The translations under genes and the position numbers were made by a program. The notes below the pieces were generated by a model. The model was not told the DNA's origin. It searched no databases and was given only the letters and a program-made list of their open reading frames with translations. Below, in pieces: positions 33,948 to 48,973 of a DNA stretch of 64,000 nucleotides; the first letter of the stretch is position 1; each line of letters begins with the position of its first letter. Origin of the DNA: Mustelus asterias (taxonomy: Eukaryota); contig NC_135830.1 of NCBI RefSeq assembly GCF_964213995.1, forward strand, positions 14,074,001 to 14,138,000, given 5' to 3'.

Positions 33948-34469
33948 CAAGGTCATCCAGAACCACGGATCAATGTTGAAGGATGCCAGATAAAAACATT
34001 TTGGACTGAGACGAGCAAATACTCCTTCACCAATAGATTGGTGAGCCTATGCAATTCACGACGACAGTAATCCGTCGAGGCTAAAGCCTTTCTTGTCATC
34101 ACGAAGGAGTTGTATACAACCTTGGAATCAAAGGGTAAATGGTGGTAGGGGAGGGGGGGGGGCGTTTGGGGAGCAGGTTTTACTTAGTTTGATGCAGGCG
34201 GAGCAGGATCACAGGGCCGAATAGACTTCTTCTGTTCCTATTTTCTACTTTTTTATCTGCATGTCTCTCTGTATTTCCGTTTGTATCTCTTTCGCTGTAT
34301 ACCTCTTCGTTTATGACAGTTGTTGTGTGCCAGTGTGCCTCTCTCTATATGTCGTTCTGTGTATAAGCCATTGTATTATCTTTGTCTGCAATGGGAAACT
34401 TCCGTTTGGGGTTACGATTGAAAAACGGTGAAAGCCTCTCTCCCTGAACTGTGTTTCTCTCTCATGCAG

Positions 34470-34773
34470 TGACAGGACCTGCAAAGAATTTAATAAGAGA
34501 GTTAAACAAAAACTCTTGGGAATGTTTTTAACAGTTTGGTCTGTGGAAAATGTGTTGTTCATAAGACGCTGGGGGAAGATGTTTCTATCTGATAAATGAC
34601 TCTGGAAACCTGAGTAAGCTTTGCAAGCATATGTGAGGGAGAGGTTTGAATGGACATTCAGGTTTTTGGCTGATTGTAGTGTCAATTTGTTTACAGATGC
34701 TATTTACAGTGAAGGGCCCGAGACAATGAATTGCCTCCAATATTTCAGGAACGTGAAAGAAGCAATTCATAAA
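34470..34773 (+). pseudogene. Possible decayed TRIM RING/B-box exon
   Basis: Acceptor-like start; LTVWSVEN..KMF..KP..AL and ..YFRNVKEAIHK|GTGAGA resemble the end of TRIM exon 1. Weak. Confidence 0.3.
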
Positions 34774-35656
34774 GTGAGAAATACTGGAAAATCACTAACT
34801 TGAAGTTGCGAGGCCTGATCACTTCTACCTGCTGCTGTTTATATTTTTTTTACATTTTTAAGAACTATCACATCTTGCCCTTGTTACTCTTGTTGGAAAT
34901 CTCACTGTTGTTTTAGAAAAGATAAACACCGATCCCACACTAAATACCATTCAACTCCAACCCCCTGTCCCCGCCCTCCCCCCAAACATAGGACTGAACA
35001 GAGATTGTGAGCTGTAACTGGTGGCAATGAGAACTATGTTTTAAATGTGGATAAGGAACACATCTCCATTTACAGATCTCTGCCCTGTTTATAAAGTGAC
35101 GAGGACTCTCCCGGCACTCACTATCTATCCTGAATTGGTCGCTGTTCCTCACTGTCTCACTGTTACTCTCTGCATTAATTTTACTCTCTCCTTCGTCATC
35201 ATAGTTCATCGCGCTCTTTCCAAGAGAAAATCTGCCGGGGGCAGCAAAGCAGGAAAAGGGCAACCTGCAGTTTGTAAACCTCACTGAGCCTTGAAGAATG
35301 ATGGGATTAAAGACGAGTGAGTTTGTGGCATTTGACATTGGTGAGATTCAGATAGATTACCGTAAGTTAGAATTTTAGGCACCTTCCCAAATTCCAGGTC
35401 GTGCGAATTAATGCATGTGGCATGATGTGCTAGTTTCAGATGGTGAGAGCATAGCCCCCATGTTTCCCAACACATTTCCCTTCTTTAATGAGTACTTGCC
35501 TTTCTGATGTCTTGCCTTCATGGACATCATGAACCGCCGCCAATTCAGGCACCTTGGACCACAGAGGAAAGAAAAAGCGAGAGAGAGCAAGAACACAGCC
35601 CATTGTAGAGGTCACGTGTAAAATGAACAGCAAAAGCAATGAATGTCACATGATGT

Positions 35657-35975
35657 TGGGCAGCACGGTGACACAGAAGTTAGCAGTGCTGACTCACAGC
35701 AACAGGGGCCTGGGTTCGAATCCCGGCTTGGGTCACTGATTGCGTGGGGTTTACAAATTCTCCTCGTGTCTGCGTGGGTTGCCTCCGGGTGCGCAGGTTT
35801 CCTTCCCCAGTCCAGAAATGTGCGGGTTAGGCAAATTGGCCATGCTAAATTGCCTCTTCGTGTCAGGAGGGCTAACTAGGGTAAATGCATAGAGTTATGG
35901 GGATAGGGCCTGGGTGGAATTGTGTTCCTGCAGACTCGATGGGCCGAATGGCTTCCTTCTGCACTGTATGATTCA
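35657..35975 (+). mobile_element. HE1-type SINE
   Basis: Head with GGTTCGAATCC B box, core and CR1 tail. Confidence 0.88.
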
Positions 35976-36009
35976 TGTTTTATTCGCATTATTTCTATGT
36001 CGATTAGGA

Positions 36010-38327
36010 TTATTTCAATCGTTTAAATATCAGACAGAATGGGTATGTCAGCCAAATCTTTAACTCCTCCCTTACTTTACTCTGGGTGCCTGCGTAAATG
36101 AATGGGTTAATGCAGGAACTCAACAGCTGAAGCATATACCCACCTTCGTCCAGAATAAAATTCGATTGATTGTAATTGGTGCCCGAGAAATAGCTAACGT
36201 TCGCAATTTGGACACAGAGAAAAGTTGTAATTACTAACGAATATAACAAGATGAAACTTCCAGAGACACAGAAGAGTAAAACAATCGACTTTCGCCTCTT
36301 CTCCACTTCAGGGTCCCTCTGATTCTCTGCATTGCTTTGATCCAAGAGTCTGCTCCGGGCTCTGTTGGCTATAACGATGTGCCTTACGGTCAGTGCATTA
36401 AACAGTAAAATCAAAATGAATGGAAGACAAGGATTTAAGATGACGAAAATCCAGTCAAATGAGACCCAAGCAGCTGTTGTGTAATATGTTGTTTTTAAGT
36501 TGCAGTACCATGGTGTCTCATCGATGAAAAATGCAGGCTCATAGATAAAGTACAGCGGGATATTTCTTACACTGTTCAGAGCGCAGGCAGTTCCAATAAC
36601 CACAGCTGCTGTTTTTTCTGTGCAAAATTTGGTTTTCAGTTTCTGACAACAAATCGCAACAAATCGATCAAAGGTGAACGCGACGGTGACCCAGACAGAT
36701 GAATCCCTGACCCCATAAATCAGCATAAGACTAACACGACAGACCGGAGTGATGGACAGGAAACTGAATTGGAAATAAATACCTATAATCCGGTTAACTA
36801 TTACAGCAGTGATGATTACGAGGAGATCCGTTACAGCCATGAATACCAGGTAATAAGTGATACATTTGGAAAGGCCACATCTTCCTCGAGGTAGGATCAC
36901 AGTCACTGCCAAATTAGCTGTGACAGGAAAAACAGCATGTGAATAATGCTGGAAAATAAGGACAGAACATAAAATATTGCAATGACTCAGAAGTCGGGAA
37001 ATCATCGCAGAGAGAGCAGTTTTAGCATATCAGGTGGATTACCTGCCTCGTAACTGGAGGAAATAAAACCACTCAATGCACACAGCTGCTGGCATGTTGC
37101 TGCAATATTAGGAAGATTTTTGTTTCTCTCATATGGCGGACACTGAACTTGGTACTTTGCAGATCATTGGCAGGAAATACAATTAATTATCATCTGTCTC
37201 AAATTGTAGAGAAGAACAAAGATAAGAAGAGTCATTGCGAATCATTGCGAATTCGAATGGGCTCTAATACTATATTGACCAAGGAATTGGGCAGAAAGAC
37301 AATATATGACATTGAGTGTTAAAGAAGGGAAATGTTTCACACAAAATAAAAACAGAAAGAAACGATGACTGAAATATAAACGACCCATTTGCTTGGGAAG
37401 AGCTCGACTCCTGATTGATAATGATCACAAACTAATATATCAATAATTTGCATAAACCAATAAAGAAACTCAACATGTAAATATCTCATTGCAGGTCAGT
37501 CAGCAGTACCCTCGCTTCAGACCTGGAAGGTTCTAGTTTCATGTGCTCTTCCAGGGCTCGAGCAATATAACATTGTTGCACTTCCAAGGCTGCCATATTT
37601 GAGCCATGATAATTAAGCCAGAAGCCAATTAATAAAATAGTCATGGACAATTTCAGCTATTTGGCAGAAAGCTTCCACATTCAAGCGCTGGGACCAAGGT
37701 GCGCGATGGTAACATTGAGCAGGTGCAACAACGCCCACATAGCAACAATGACAAGTATGCAATTGAAACTCAATTAAACTTCAATGACCACCAATAGTTC
37801 ACCGAGAGAAATTCTGTCGCCAATATAAAAGGATTATCTTTATACCTTGAGCTGGAAGTAATAAATAGAAGAAATACACAATTGCAAGGATACAATGATA
37901 CTCATCATGGGACGATAGTATAACAGCACGTTAAGCAACCTTTGTGGTTCAGTGAAGAAATTACACCATAAAAGTGGAGAAAAGTCACTAATAATGTAGT
38001 GTAATTGTGTCAATAAAAGGGATAAGTTATGTTGTTGTTCAGAGCGTGAAAACGATTGAAGTGGGAAAATGATACTATCTCAGCTGCATTGAGTGTCCCA
38101 TTAAAAGCCAAATATTGCCCGATTAATGAGGGAAAAGAATATACCTGCCGTCTAGAAGCAGTTCTTATATATGACAGAAGTGATAGAGTAACGTCAGATA
38201 TGAGAGAAAATATTAGACAATTATATTCACAATGAATAAGTAGTAAAATTACTGTACCTGGAAACCCAACAGCTGCAAGGATAGGATAGTAAATTGCAAA
38301 CAGCAGACCTTTTGGTATTCCATGCAT
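36010..38327 (-). CDS. GPR139-like class A GPCR, copy B (2 exons: 38327-38258, 36917-36010; 325 aa, intact)
   Basis: Exon 1 MHGIPKGLLFAIYYPILAAVGFP, GT-AG intron, exon 2 with AFTFDRF and NPFIY. Confidence 0.92.
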
Positions 38328-38892
38328 TTCAAGCACAAACTGAGAATGTGTTTTGCACAACCCCGAAAGATTGTCACATTTATACCAGATCTCAGTCTCA
38401 GCGGACATAATTACATGGTTTGATGTTGCACATTAATTGCACATGTTCGTTTAATATCCAACATCACCCTATGATGCTGCCGAAATTGCTGGTGTTTTCC
38501 TTTTAATTTAATAGACATTTTATTGAAAAGTTCATCCAGCAGTTGCCAGGTAGAGTAAACAACTAGATAAAACTCCACTTCAAAAATAAAGTTATACGAG
38601 CAATGTGGAACGTTTTTTGTCGAAACAACTCTGATGTGGAACCAACATATTGTACTGTATGATTGCTAGGTGATAACGTATAGCCCAACAGGCCGTTGCA
38701 AAAGTGAAATAGAGAGTTATGCATAAGGAGTCCATCAAGGGTAACTCAAACCAATTCAGCTGAAGGTATAACTGACCAGAAGTCCGAAAGGCAGATGTAA
38801 CCAAGTTCGAGATCCCGATCATTATTGACAGAGCGTAATCACCGATCAAACTGCAATGTGGGCCCAGATCTATCTGAAACCTCGACCCGGAA

Positions 38893-40640
38893 TCACAGAA
38901 CAACAGAATAATACAGTGCAGAAAAGACCCTTCCGCCCATCGAGTGTGTACAGACGCATGAAAGGCCCTGACCTGCCCATCTAATTCCAATTGCAAGCAC
39001 TTGGCCCATAGCCTTGTATGCTATGGAGTGCCATGTCCACATGCAAATATTTTGTTTTGAAGGATGTGAGGCTTCCAGCCTCTACCAACCTCCCAGGCCG
39101 TGCATTCCAGACCGTCATCACGCCCTGGGTAAAATAAATGGTCCTCAAATTCCCCCCTAACCTCCCACCTCACTTTTCATTTGCGTCCTCTCGTAACAAA
39201 CCCTTCAACAAAGGGGGATAGCAGCCTTCTATCCACCTCGTCCATGTCCCTCATAATTATGAACAACTCAATCAGGTCGCCCTTCAGTCTTCTCTGCTGC
39301 AGAGAGAAAAACTCAAAGCCTGTCCAACTTCTCTTTATAACTTAAATGCTCCATCACAGGCAACATCCTCGTGAATCTCCTCTGCACCCTTTCCATTGCG
39401 ATCACATCCGTCCTATAAGGTGGCGACCAGAACTGCACAAAGTACTCCAGCTGCGGTCTCCCCAAAGTTCTATACAACTCCATCATGACCTCTTCACTTT
39501 TGTAATTTATACCGCGATTGATCAAGGCGAGGGTGCCACATGCCTTTTTCATCACCCTATGAACCTGCCTTTCCGCCATCAGAAATCTATGGACAAATAC
39601 GCAAGGCCGCTTTCTCTTCGGAACTTCCCAGTGTCAGATCTTTCATAGGACACTTCCCTGTCAAATTACTCCTTCCGAAGTGTATCACCTCACACCTTTC
39701 AGGGTTAAATTCCAATTGCCACTAATCAGCGCATTTGGCCATCTCGTCTATATCTTGCTGTCCCCCAAGACACTCAACCTCACTGCTAACCACCCGGCCA
39801 ATCATTGTGTCATCAGCAAACTTACTGATTTTATCCCCCATATATCAATCTATGTCATTTATATCAATGACTAACGATTGGGGGGCCAACACGGGCCCCT
39901 GTGGTACGTCACTGTTCACTGGCCTCCCCACACTAAAGCAGTCGTCTGTCATCACCCTCTGTCTCCTATCGCTAACCCATTATGAATCCACCTTATCAGA
40001 TCACTGTGTATCCCGTGTGCACTCTTAATAAGTTACCTCTGTCGGAGTTTGGCAAAGGCTTTGCTGAAATACATGTAAGCTACATCAACCACGCTATCCT
40101 GAACTACACACTTGTTTACATGCTCAAACAATTCAATCACATTTGTTAGGCATGACCTCGCTCTGACAAAACCATGCTGACTATCTCTAATCGTACGTTA
40201 CCTCTACAAATGGAGATGGATGATCTCGTTCAAAATCTTCTCCAGCAGTTTCCGAACCACAGACGTAAGATTCATTGGTCTGTCGTTCCCCCCTGCTCGT
40301 CTTTTTTTTTAAATAGTGGGACCACATTAGCTCTTCTCCAGTCCACTGAGACCTCTCCGGTGGCTAGCGGGCAATTTCCTGCGTCGCCTCCCACAACAGC
40401 ATGGGTCACAATTGATATGGACCTGTTGACTTGTCCACTTTTAGCCCGCCAATTCCTTCCATACCTTGTCACTCCATATGATAATTTGCTCTAGAACCTC
40501 ACAGTCTCTCTCCTCGAGTTTCATAACTACCTCTTCATTCTCGTGGGTGAAGACCGATGTGAAATATTCGTTTAACATCCAACAACTGGCCTCTGCCTCC
40601 ACCAACGGATTTTCCCATTTATCCTTAACAGGCCGTATTC
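38893..40640 (-). mobile_element. Degenerate CR1 LINE (RT to 3' tail)
   Basis: DWRRANVVPLFKK; LYRTLGRPQLEY..QFWSP..ERVQRRFTRMLP. Confidence 0.88.
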
Positions 40641-41054
40641 TTTGCCTGGGTACCCTGAGCGATTCTGCTCCTGTAAAATTCTGCGATAAAATTTCACTTA
40701 GAAATTTTAGAGAATGGAAACTTTGTTATGTTCCTGTCTCACTTTGTATATTCCAAACTCATATGTTGCAAAGCAGAGAAATGCATCTTGCTATTCATTT
40801 AGTGCTTCTGACTTTGAAAATATTCTGGACAATACAGTGATTCACAGGATATATAATGATCCACACACACTCCAAATGAACTTATTATAAGAAGCACAGA
40901 GAAAGCCGGACCTGAAAGTACAGGAGAAATTGTTCACTTCATATCTTAATTAGCTGAATTTAGGAATTTTAAGGAGTGATTTTGTTCACCATTCAAACCC
41001 TGATTTCCATCCCACCTTTAATTTAATGTTCACGTTCAATTGCAGTTTAGACAG

Positions 41055-43625
41055 AGAAACATAGAAAAGCTACAGCACAAACAGGCCCTTCGGCCCCACA
41101 CATTGTGCCGAACATATCCCTACCTTCTCGGCCTACCTATAACCCTCCATCCTATTAAGTCCCATGTACTCATCCAGGAGTGTCTTAAAAGTCCCGATTG
41201 AGTTTGCCTCCACCACCACTGATGGCAGCCGATTCCCTCGCCCATTACCCTCTGTGTGAAAAACGTCCCCCTAATATTTTCCCTGTACCTACCCCCCAGC
41301 ACCTTAAACCTATGTCCTCTCGTAGCAGCCATTTCCACTCTTGGGAAAAAGCCTCTGAGAGTCCACCCGATCTATGCCTCTCAACATCTTATACACCTCT
41401 ATTAGGTCTCCTTTCCTCCTACGTCTCTCAAAGGAGAAAAGAACGAGCTCCCTCAGCCTATCCTCATAAGGCATGCAACTCAATCAAGGCAACATCCTTG
41501 TAAATCTCCTCTGCACCCTTTCAATCATTTCCACATCTTTCCTGTAATGAGGCGACCAGAACTGAGCACAGTACTCTAAGTGGGGTCTGACGAGGGTCTT
41601 ATATAGCTGCATTATTATCCCCGGACTCCTAAACTCGATTGATAAAGGCCAGCACACCATACGCCTTCTTAACCACCTCCTCCACCTGCGGGGCCGATTT
41701 TAGAGTCCAATGGACCCGGACCCCAAGGTCATTCTGATCCTCTACAGACCACTACGCATTGATCTGGGTTGAAGTCCATCTGCCACTTCTCCGCCCAGTC
41801 TTGCATCCTATCTATGTCCCTCTGTAACTTCTGACATCCCTCCAGACGATCCACAACCCCACCAACCTTCGTGCCGTCGGCAAACTGACCAACCCATCCC
41901 TCCACTTCCTCATCCAAGTCATTTATGAAAATGACAAACAGCAAGGGTCCCAGAACAGATCCCTGGGGCACACCACTGGTGACCGACCTCCATTTAGAAA
42001 AAGACCCATACACACTCTCTGGCTCCTTTGGGCAAGCCAGTTCTGGCTTCACAGGGCAGCAGCACCTTGGATTCCATGCCCTCTCACTTTTGCTAGAAGC
42101 CTTGCATGGGGGACCTTATTGAACGCCTTGCTAAAATCCATATAAACCACATCTACCGCTTTCCCTTCGTTAATGTGTTTAGTCACGTTTTTGAAGAACT
42201 CCACCAGGCTCCTAAGGCAAGATCTGCCTTTGACAAAGCCATGCTGAGTATTCTTGAGCATACTAAGCCTCTCTAAATGCTCATAAATCCCGTCCCTCAG
42301 CATCTTCTCCATCAGTTTACCAACCACTGAGTTTAGACTCATTGGCCGGTAATTTCCTGGGCTATCCCTATTCCCCTTCTTGAAAATAGGAACCACATGC
42401 GCAATCCACCAATCCTCCGGCACCTCTCCCATCTCCATCGATGACGCAAAGATCATCACCAGAGTCTCTGCGATCTCTTCCCTCGCCTCCCACAGTAACC
42501 TGGGGTACAACCCATCCGGACCCGGCGACTTATCAATCTTGATGCCATTCAAAGATTCCAGCACAACCTCTTCCTTAAAGTCCACATACTCAATCTTTTC
42601 AGTCCACCGCAAGCCCGCAGTACATCCACCCAAGTCCTTTTCCTCTGTGAAAACCGAGGCAAAATACTCATTAAGCAGCTCTGTCATTTCCACTGGTTCC
42701 GTATAGACTTTCCAACCTTCAACTTTTATCGGCCCTATTCCTTCACGTCTCATCCTTTTACCTTTCACATCTTTATAGAACGCCTTAGGATTCTCCTTAA
42801 TCCTACCTGCCAAGGCATTCTCGTGACGCCTTCTGGCTCTCCTAATTTCCTTCTTTAGTCCCTTCCTACAAGCCGTATACTCATCTAGATCCCTATCTTC
42901 GCCAAGCTCTCTGCACCTTTTGTACGCTTTCCTTTTCTTTGCGACTAGGTCCCGCACAGCTTTCGTGCCACACGGTTCCTTTAACCTACCAACACCTCGC
43001 TGTCTGCTCGGAACATTGTCCTGCAGAACTCTAGACGGACATTCCTTGAAAAACTGCCACCTCTCTTCAGTACATTTCCCCGGGAATACCTCCTTCCAAT
43101 TTACTCCTCTAATTTGCGGCCTTATGTCATCATATTTCCCCTTACTCCATATAAACGTTTTCTGAGCTAGCCTGATCCTCTCCTTTTCCAATGCAAGCAT
43201 AAAAATGATAGAGTTATGATCGCTATCCCCAAGATGCTCTCCCAATGAGCGATCTGACACCTGTCCAGGTTCATTGGTCAGTATCAGATCAAGTACAGCC
43301 ATTCCTCTTGTAGGCTTGTCCACATGCTGTGTTAGGAAACCCTCCTGAACACACCTAACGAACTCCTCCCCATCCAATCCCCTTGCCCGAGGGATATTCC
43401 AATCTATGTTTGGGAAATCAAAGTCTCCCATCACAACAACTCTGCTATTACTGCATCTCTCCAGGAGCTGTTTCCCGATCTGCTACTCCACCTCCCTGTT
43501 ACTATTGGGCGGCCTGTAGAAAACTCCCAGCAAAGTGATCGACCCCTTCCCACTCCGAACTTCCACCCACAGAGACTCTGTAGACAATCCCTCCACAGCA
43601 TACACCTTCTCTACAGCTGTGATTC
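41055..43625 (-). mobile_element. CR1 LINE, most of ORF2 with frameshifts and deletion, (TTTCTATG) tail
   Basis: ORFs 42049-43434 (GDFDFP..SDHN..KSPGPDG..QHGF) and 41729-42052. Confidence 0.93.
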
Positions 43626-46423
43626 CCGCCTTGGTCAATGCGCAACCGTTATCCTACCAGTGGCTGCTGCAAAGTAACTTCGTCAGGTGGTTACTTCGAA
43701 TTGCTTTCTTCCTCAGAAGCGACTGTCCGAGCTCTTTAGAACAATGTTGGTCTAAATAAAGGGTGATTGTACTCTTGCCAAAAATGTATGAAGCGTCAAC
43801 TTCGCTGCAAAAGAATGTTGTAGTTCGAGAAGTTCCGTTTCCATTCGTTCATACAATGTGAAAATCGCTGGCAAGGCCAGAATCTGCTGCCCATCCCTAA
43901 TTACGCTTGTCAGAAAGTAACAACCCAGCACATTGTGATGGCTCAGGAGTCACTGGCGAACAGATTATTGCGGATGGCAGATTTCCTTCGCTAAGTGAGA
44001 TTAGTGAAACTCGTGCGTTTTTATAACAACGAATGATAATTTCATAATTACCATCCCTGCGACCAACTTTCAATTCCAGATTTTAGTACCATGTGTCGAC
44101 AAATGAGAAAACTGTGTAATAAACTTGGAATGTTTAACATTGGAAATTTGGACAGAGGAGGCAGCTAAAGTGGGAAAGGGATTTAGTTCTCAAAATGTGT
44201 GCAGGATAACGTTCTAACTCACTTAAAAATAACATCCCAGGAAGTGAAAATCAACTATTGGATGTTATGATGGAGAATTAACCCGAGTGAATAAAGGAAT
44301 AAGAGTAGGAGGGAAATAAGAAGACAATACTCACCATAAAATATTAAACTTAAACTTCCAGGGAGCTACATTCAGGGACAGATTGCAGCTCGGGACGGGA
44401 GACTGGAATGGCGGCGATTACATTGAATAAAATCCTGCGCCAGCATTCGACAATGCAATCGGTTAAACTTGCTCATCACTAAAAAGAAACTTGCACAATA
44501 AAATGACCCATCGAAAATGCAGAATGTGCTATAGGTATGAGCGAGATGTGAACAACAAACGAAAGCTGAAAAATGAAAAAAATCAGAGAAAAATAAATTG
44601 GTGTCGATGATAATGAAATAATATTTAACAAAGTGTACGTGAAAATAGATAACTCTTTAAAGCAATGAATGACAATGTAATGCAGCAATGAGCTGGAAAC
44701 AAGCACATTTATTAGCAGGAAGATGAATATCAATGCAAGTAGTAAATTCACATTCGTCGGGCCAGATATTCCTGTCAGTACGACTGGCAGATTTATTAAT
44801 GACACTGTTTTTCTCACTCTTTCCTGTCTGACGAAGAACTGAATTAAATTTGGACGAAAAACTCCTCAAATCTGTTTCCCAGGTTTGTGATTGAAGTGAG
44901 AGAATGCTACCACCTGCTGGCGGCTCACAGCTATTGCAGGATCGGGCCTTTTTGAGTTTCAGAGAAGTTCAGTGACTCCATGGTTGCATCTGCAAGCGGT
45001 TCCTGAAATTTGAATACTGAAATGCATCGTTAGGGATGGATGTTTTCAGCAGGAGCTCGTCTGCTGCGTTCCAGTGTTTTGTCGCAGTCCATTGTGACGT
45101 GAATAATTTCAGGAGGATGTCCCGAATATACTCCCCTAATCTCAATAAATTGACCACCAGGAGCCTCTGGCTCCAATGCTTTCCAGTGAATCATCAAAAC
45201 CAACATTCGCAACTTCCACTTCTTAGCTGTAACCCTTCCCAAACATTTTGATCTATTTTACTCAGAGTTTGTTCTTGCATTTAATATTTTCTTGCATTGT
45301 GACCTCATTTTCAAATCAGATCCACTTCAACATCCAACACATCGACTTCCTTCTTTTGCGAAAATTAGAAATTCGCGAGAAATCTGTCAATGTCCAAGGG
45401 GGTGTCTCCATACTGCGCAGCTTGCTGATGGCTGAGGAGGATAATCCTGGGATGCCGATTCTGACACAAGTGCTGGAATGAAGCTGCCTGATGTGTTTGT
45501 GGGTTAATGCTTTTTCCTTGGTATCTCTTTGCAAACCACTGTAACCACTGCCAATCTTGGTGATGCACTGCACCCCAATGGAAGTGTCGCCATTCTGTCT
45601 GGGGTCAGTAAGTGTAATTCCGGTACGAAAATCGATACCGTGGATATCTGTATCACACTCACAGGCATGAAAAAGCAAGAACTATGAGCGTCTCATTGGC
45701 CTCTTGTACCCATCTGCCTCACTATGCAGGAAGTCGTTGTATTTGTGACAATCTTCCATCCCGTGGGCGGGGCGGCGCATAGCCACTGAAAATGCATCTA
45801 TTTAACAGACATGGAAGCTGAGGACAGAATCAATCCTAAATTTATCCAGCCAGTAGGTACCCACAATGCACCGCAAACACTGCGAATATGGAAATGATTG
45901 AGCTTATTTTCTGAGATCTATGAATCTTCAATGTTTCACAGTCGCACGACAAGGTGCTGGGGTCGCAGAACCTGTACAAAATCAGCTTGGTCCTCAGGAT
46001 CAGTAAAGTATCTGCTCTGGATGAGCCCGTTGGCTGCATTGCTCTATAAGTACCACACGCTAAGCGATTGCGTCACCGGAGCGCATGAACCCGCCACGAT
46101 TTGGTTTGATTCCATTTTCCACTGAATACTCGTGATCGATGTGATTTTTTTCCTAACTGACCGAAGAGTTCCTTCTGGAAACCCAATGCGGATTCCACAC
46201 ACTAGGGGGCACAATGGGCATGAGCTTCACTGCACGCTAACGACAAGAGGAATGCAGAGAACAGCATCAATCCTTGTGTATGGCCTTCTTTAACCTCACA
46301 AAAGTTTTCAATCCTTTCTCTTTTGAGGGATTATAGAGCACCTTCCTCAGACTTTTGCCAGCCTCAAATTGGGAATTGGGAGGTGGAGTTCATCTGTGAA
46401 AACAGCGAAGTCTAAAACAATTG

Positions 46424-46496
46424 CGCCCAATTTGGGGCTCGAACACCGGACTCTGCGATTGACAGTCGTATGGTCTACTGACTGAGTTCAAAAGAC
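46424..46496 (-). pseudogene. tRNA-Lys-derived pseudogene
   Basis: Minus strand AACTCAGTCAGTAGACCAT..GTTCGAGCCCCAAATTGGGCG; upstream flank homologous to that of 28758-28829. Confidence 0.7.
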
Positions 46497-47054
46497 ACAC
46501 AGTGAGCCATCTTCCAAAATTTAGTGAGGCGAATGTTGTTTTACATCTTGTGCTTTAGCTTTTCCAAAATTACAAAGTGCAGAATGTAATTAACGTGCAG
46601 TATTCCTAAAATTGCAATGCATTCATTTCAATCATCAATAACATCATTCCCATCTTCCACTTATTAGCTGCACCTCTTTCCAAACATTACAACACCCTTC
46701 CAGGTTTTTGTTCGGCCATCAATATTTAATAATGTTTAATTATGTGTGCTCTCATGTTTAAGGAGCCCATATCACTCCTAGTCACTCTATGAGATGGTGA
46801 ATAAAAATGTTTATATGTTGCAATAAACACATTAAATTATCTAACATACTATATGAAATGTTGATGTGTCTGCCCAATGACAGTCAACACTTTCGTCACT
46901 TGATCTGCCCCGAGTATCATGAACTTCGAACGCTTCTAATTTTGCTGCTCGCATGATAAGAGCAAGGTTTAGCAAGTTACTTATGTCATGAGGAATCGGC
47001 TGCCGCCGTTACCAATTTAACAATAAAAGCAGAATGTGCTGGTGTAGGTCACAT

Positions 47055-47600
47055 GAGAACATAGGAACCAGGAGCAGGAACAGGCAATTCAGCCCCCGAG
47101 ACTGCTCTGTCATTTAATACTGTTATGTCTGATCTTATCTCGGCATAAACAACATTTTCCGACGCGCTCAATCTCGTCCTTTCAACCCTTGCTAATTAAA
47201 AATCTCTCTATCATCTCTCATCATCTCTGTTTTAAATCGCCAACTCCTTATTCTGAAGCTATGACCTTTCGTTCTACATTGTCCGACAAGATGAAACATC
47301 CTGTCTAAATCTATTTTGTCAATCGCCATTTTCACCTCGTAGACCCTAGTTAGATCTCCTTGCATTCTCTTAAATTCCAAGGACTATAGGCTTAAACTTC
47401 CAAATCAGCCTTCAGGAGACAATGCGCTCAACTGTGGAATCAATCTGGCAAACCAGCTCTGAATGACCTCAATTTAACTACATCCCTCTTCAATTGAGGG
47501 GATTAATACGGTACGCTATATTCTAACTGTGGTCTCACTAATGCTTTGTCCAATATCAGCAATCCTTCATAACTTTTATATTCTATTTCGTTAGCAATGA
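47055..47600 (-). mobile_element. Degenerate CR1 3' fragment
   Basis: EFKRMQGDL..VY..GHSFRIR..FKTEM; tail near 47060. Confidence 0.75.
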
Positions 47601-48973
47601 ATCTCACAACTGCTTGAAATTAAGGCCTGAAAATCTTGCCGACGAAATATTAGAACACTTTTCAAATGATGCACGGTAGGCTGAAGGGGCAGTAATTTGG
47701 AGAACAGGATTTGTCTTTTCTTTTTCTCGTGGACAGGACATACTTGGAATATTTTCCACATTTTCTTTTGTGTCAGGAATGGAATTGCTTGTACATTTGT
47801 CTGGCTACTTCGGAGACAACGGTCTGCATTATCGCTGCCCAGATGCAACCACGTCCCATAGTCGTTTCTGTACACAGAGCCCTCAACCGTTTGTTGATAG
47901 CACGTGGACCAAATAATATTCGCAGAAGTTTGAAACTAATGATGCTGCAATCCGCGGGAGTCGGAACAGAGAAAATCTCGTGTATCCAATGCAGTATAAT
48001 ACAGTGAGAAATTGCAAATAAATCACTGTTCCGCCTCAATTTAAATTTAAAAGTTAAAATGTAATTGGTAAATTGTCTATAGTTATATTTCCTCCACTTT
48101 CATGGGAATGCTTCTTCCGAAAAGTAATTTATCACGTTATCTCAATTGAGAAGGAGACCAAAAATATTAGGTAAACTATTGCTTCTTAATTTTGAAAAGG
48201 AAGTTGGATAAATGGTTTCATTGGAAGCGCGTTGGCTGTGGTGTTAATTACACTGAATGACCCATTGTTTGTGGAAGATAGTGGAGTGCTTCCCAAGACA
48301 AGGCAAAAGTTCCTGTCCTTGTAAGAGGAAGAAAAACGGAGAATATTAATATGCGAAGTAGGGTGGGGATTCCACAGCTCTGGTGTCCATCAAGCAGGGT
48401 GGGATGAACACTCGTGGCTTCGATAAATATTGAACTGTTGGAAACGGTGGCTGTCTCATCGGCCCAATAACTACCTAAATGAAGGAAATGCGAGCAGAGA
48501 ACATAAAATGCGAGAGGAAAAAGAATGGGAGAAAGTGCAGCTAAGGAAGCTGTCGGATTTACAGGGCGATTTAGTGGATAATAATTACCAACTTCTAGCA
48601 AGAAATATACAAGGCAAAATCAATCGAAAGTGCGGAAACTTTAGAGATCGACATTTGGAAGGATTGGAAAGGGAATATTTTGGATGCAATTGAGCAATAT
48701 TTCAGTGTTGTTTGTAAGAGTGGGAAACAACACTGAGTTAAGGATATTTTAAACACAGCGTGAAGGAAATGTTGAGCAGGGCTAGAACAGGAATGAAATA
48801 AAACAGATATAGCACAGATATAGCTATGTCCTTACACATAGCAATGCCTATTTATTCAATCAATTGAGTGTTTTTTTTAAAGGGTAAGATCTTCAATGTG
48901 ACATTTACTTCCAATACTCCTGGGGCTGGTCATCAGCAGAGTCATGATTGAACTGGGAAATTAATAGTTAGAG

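Noticed and set aside
48430-48693. Charged 87-aa ORF and other short ORFs (34940-35338, 57722-58043)
   Set aside because: No recognisable domain or convincing exon structure.
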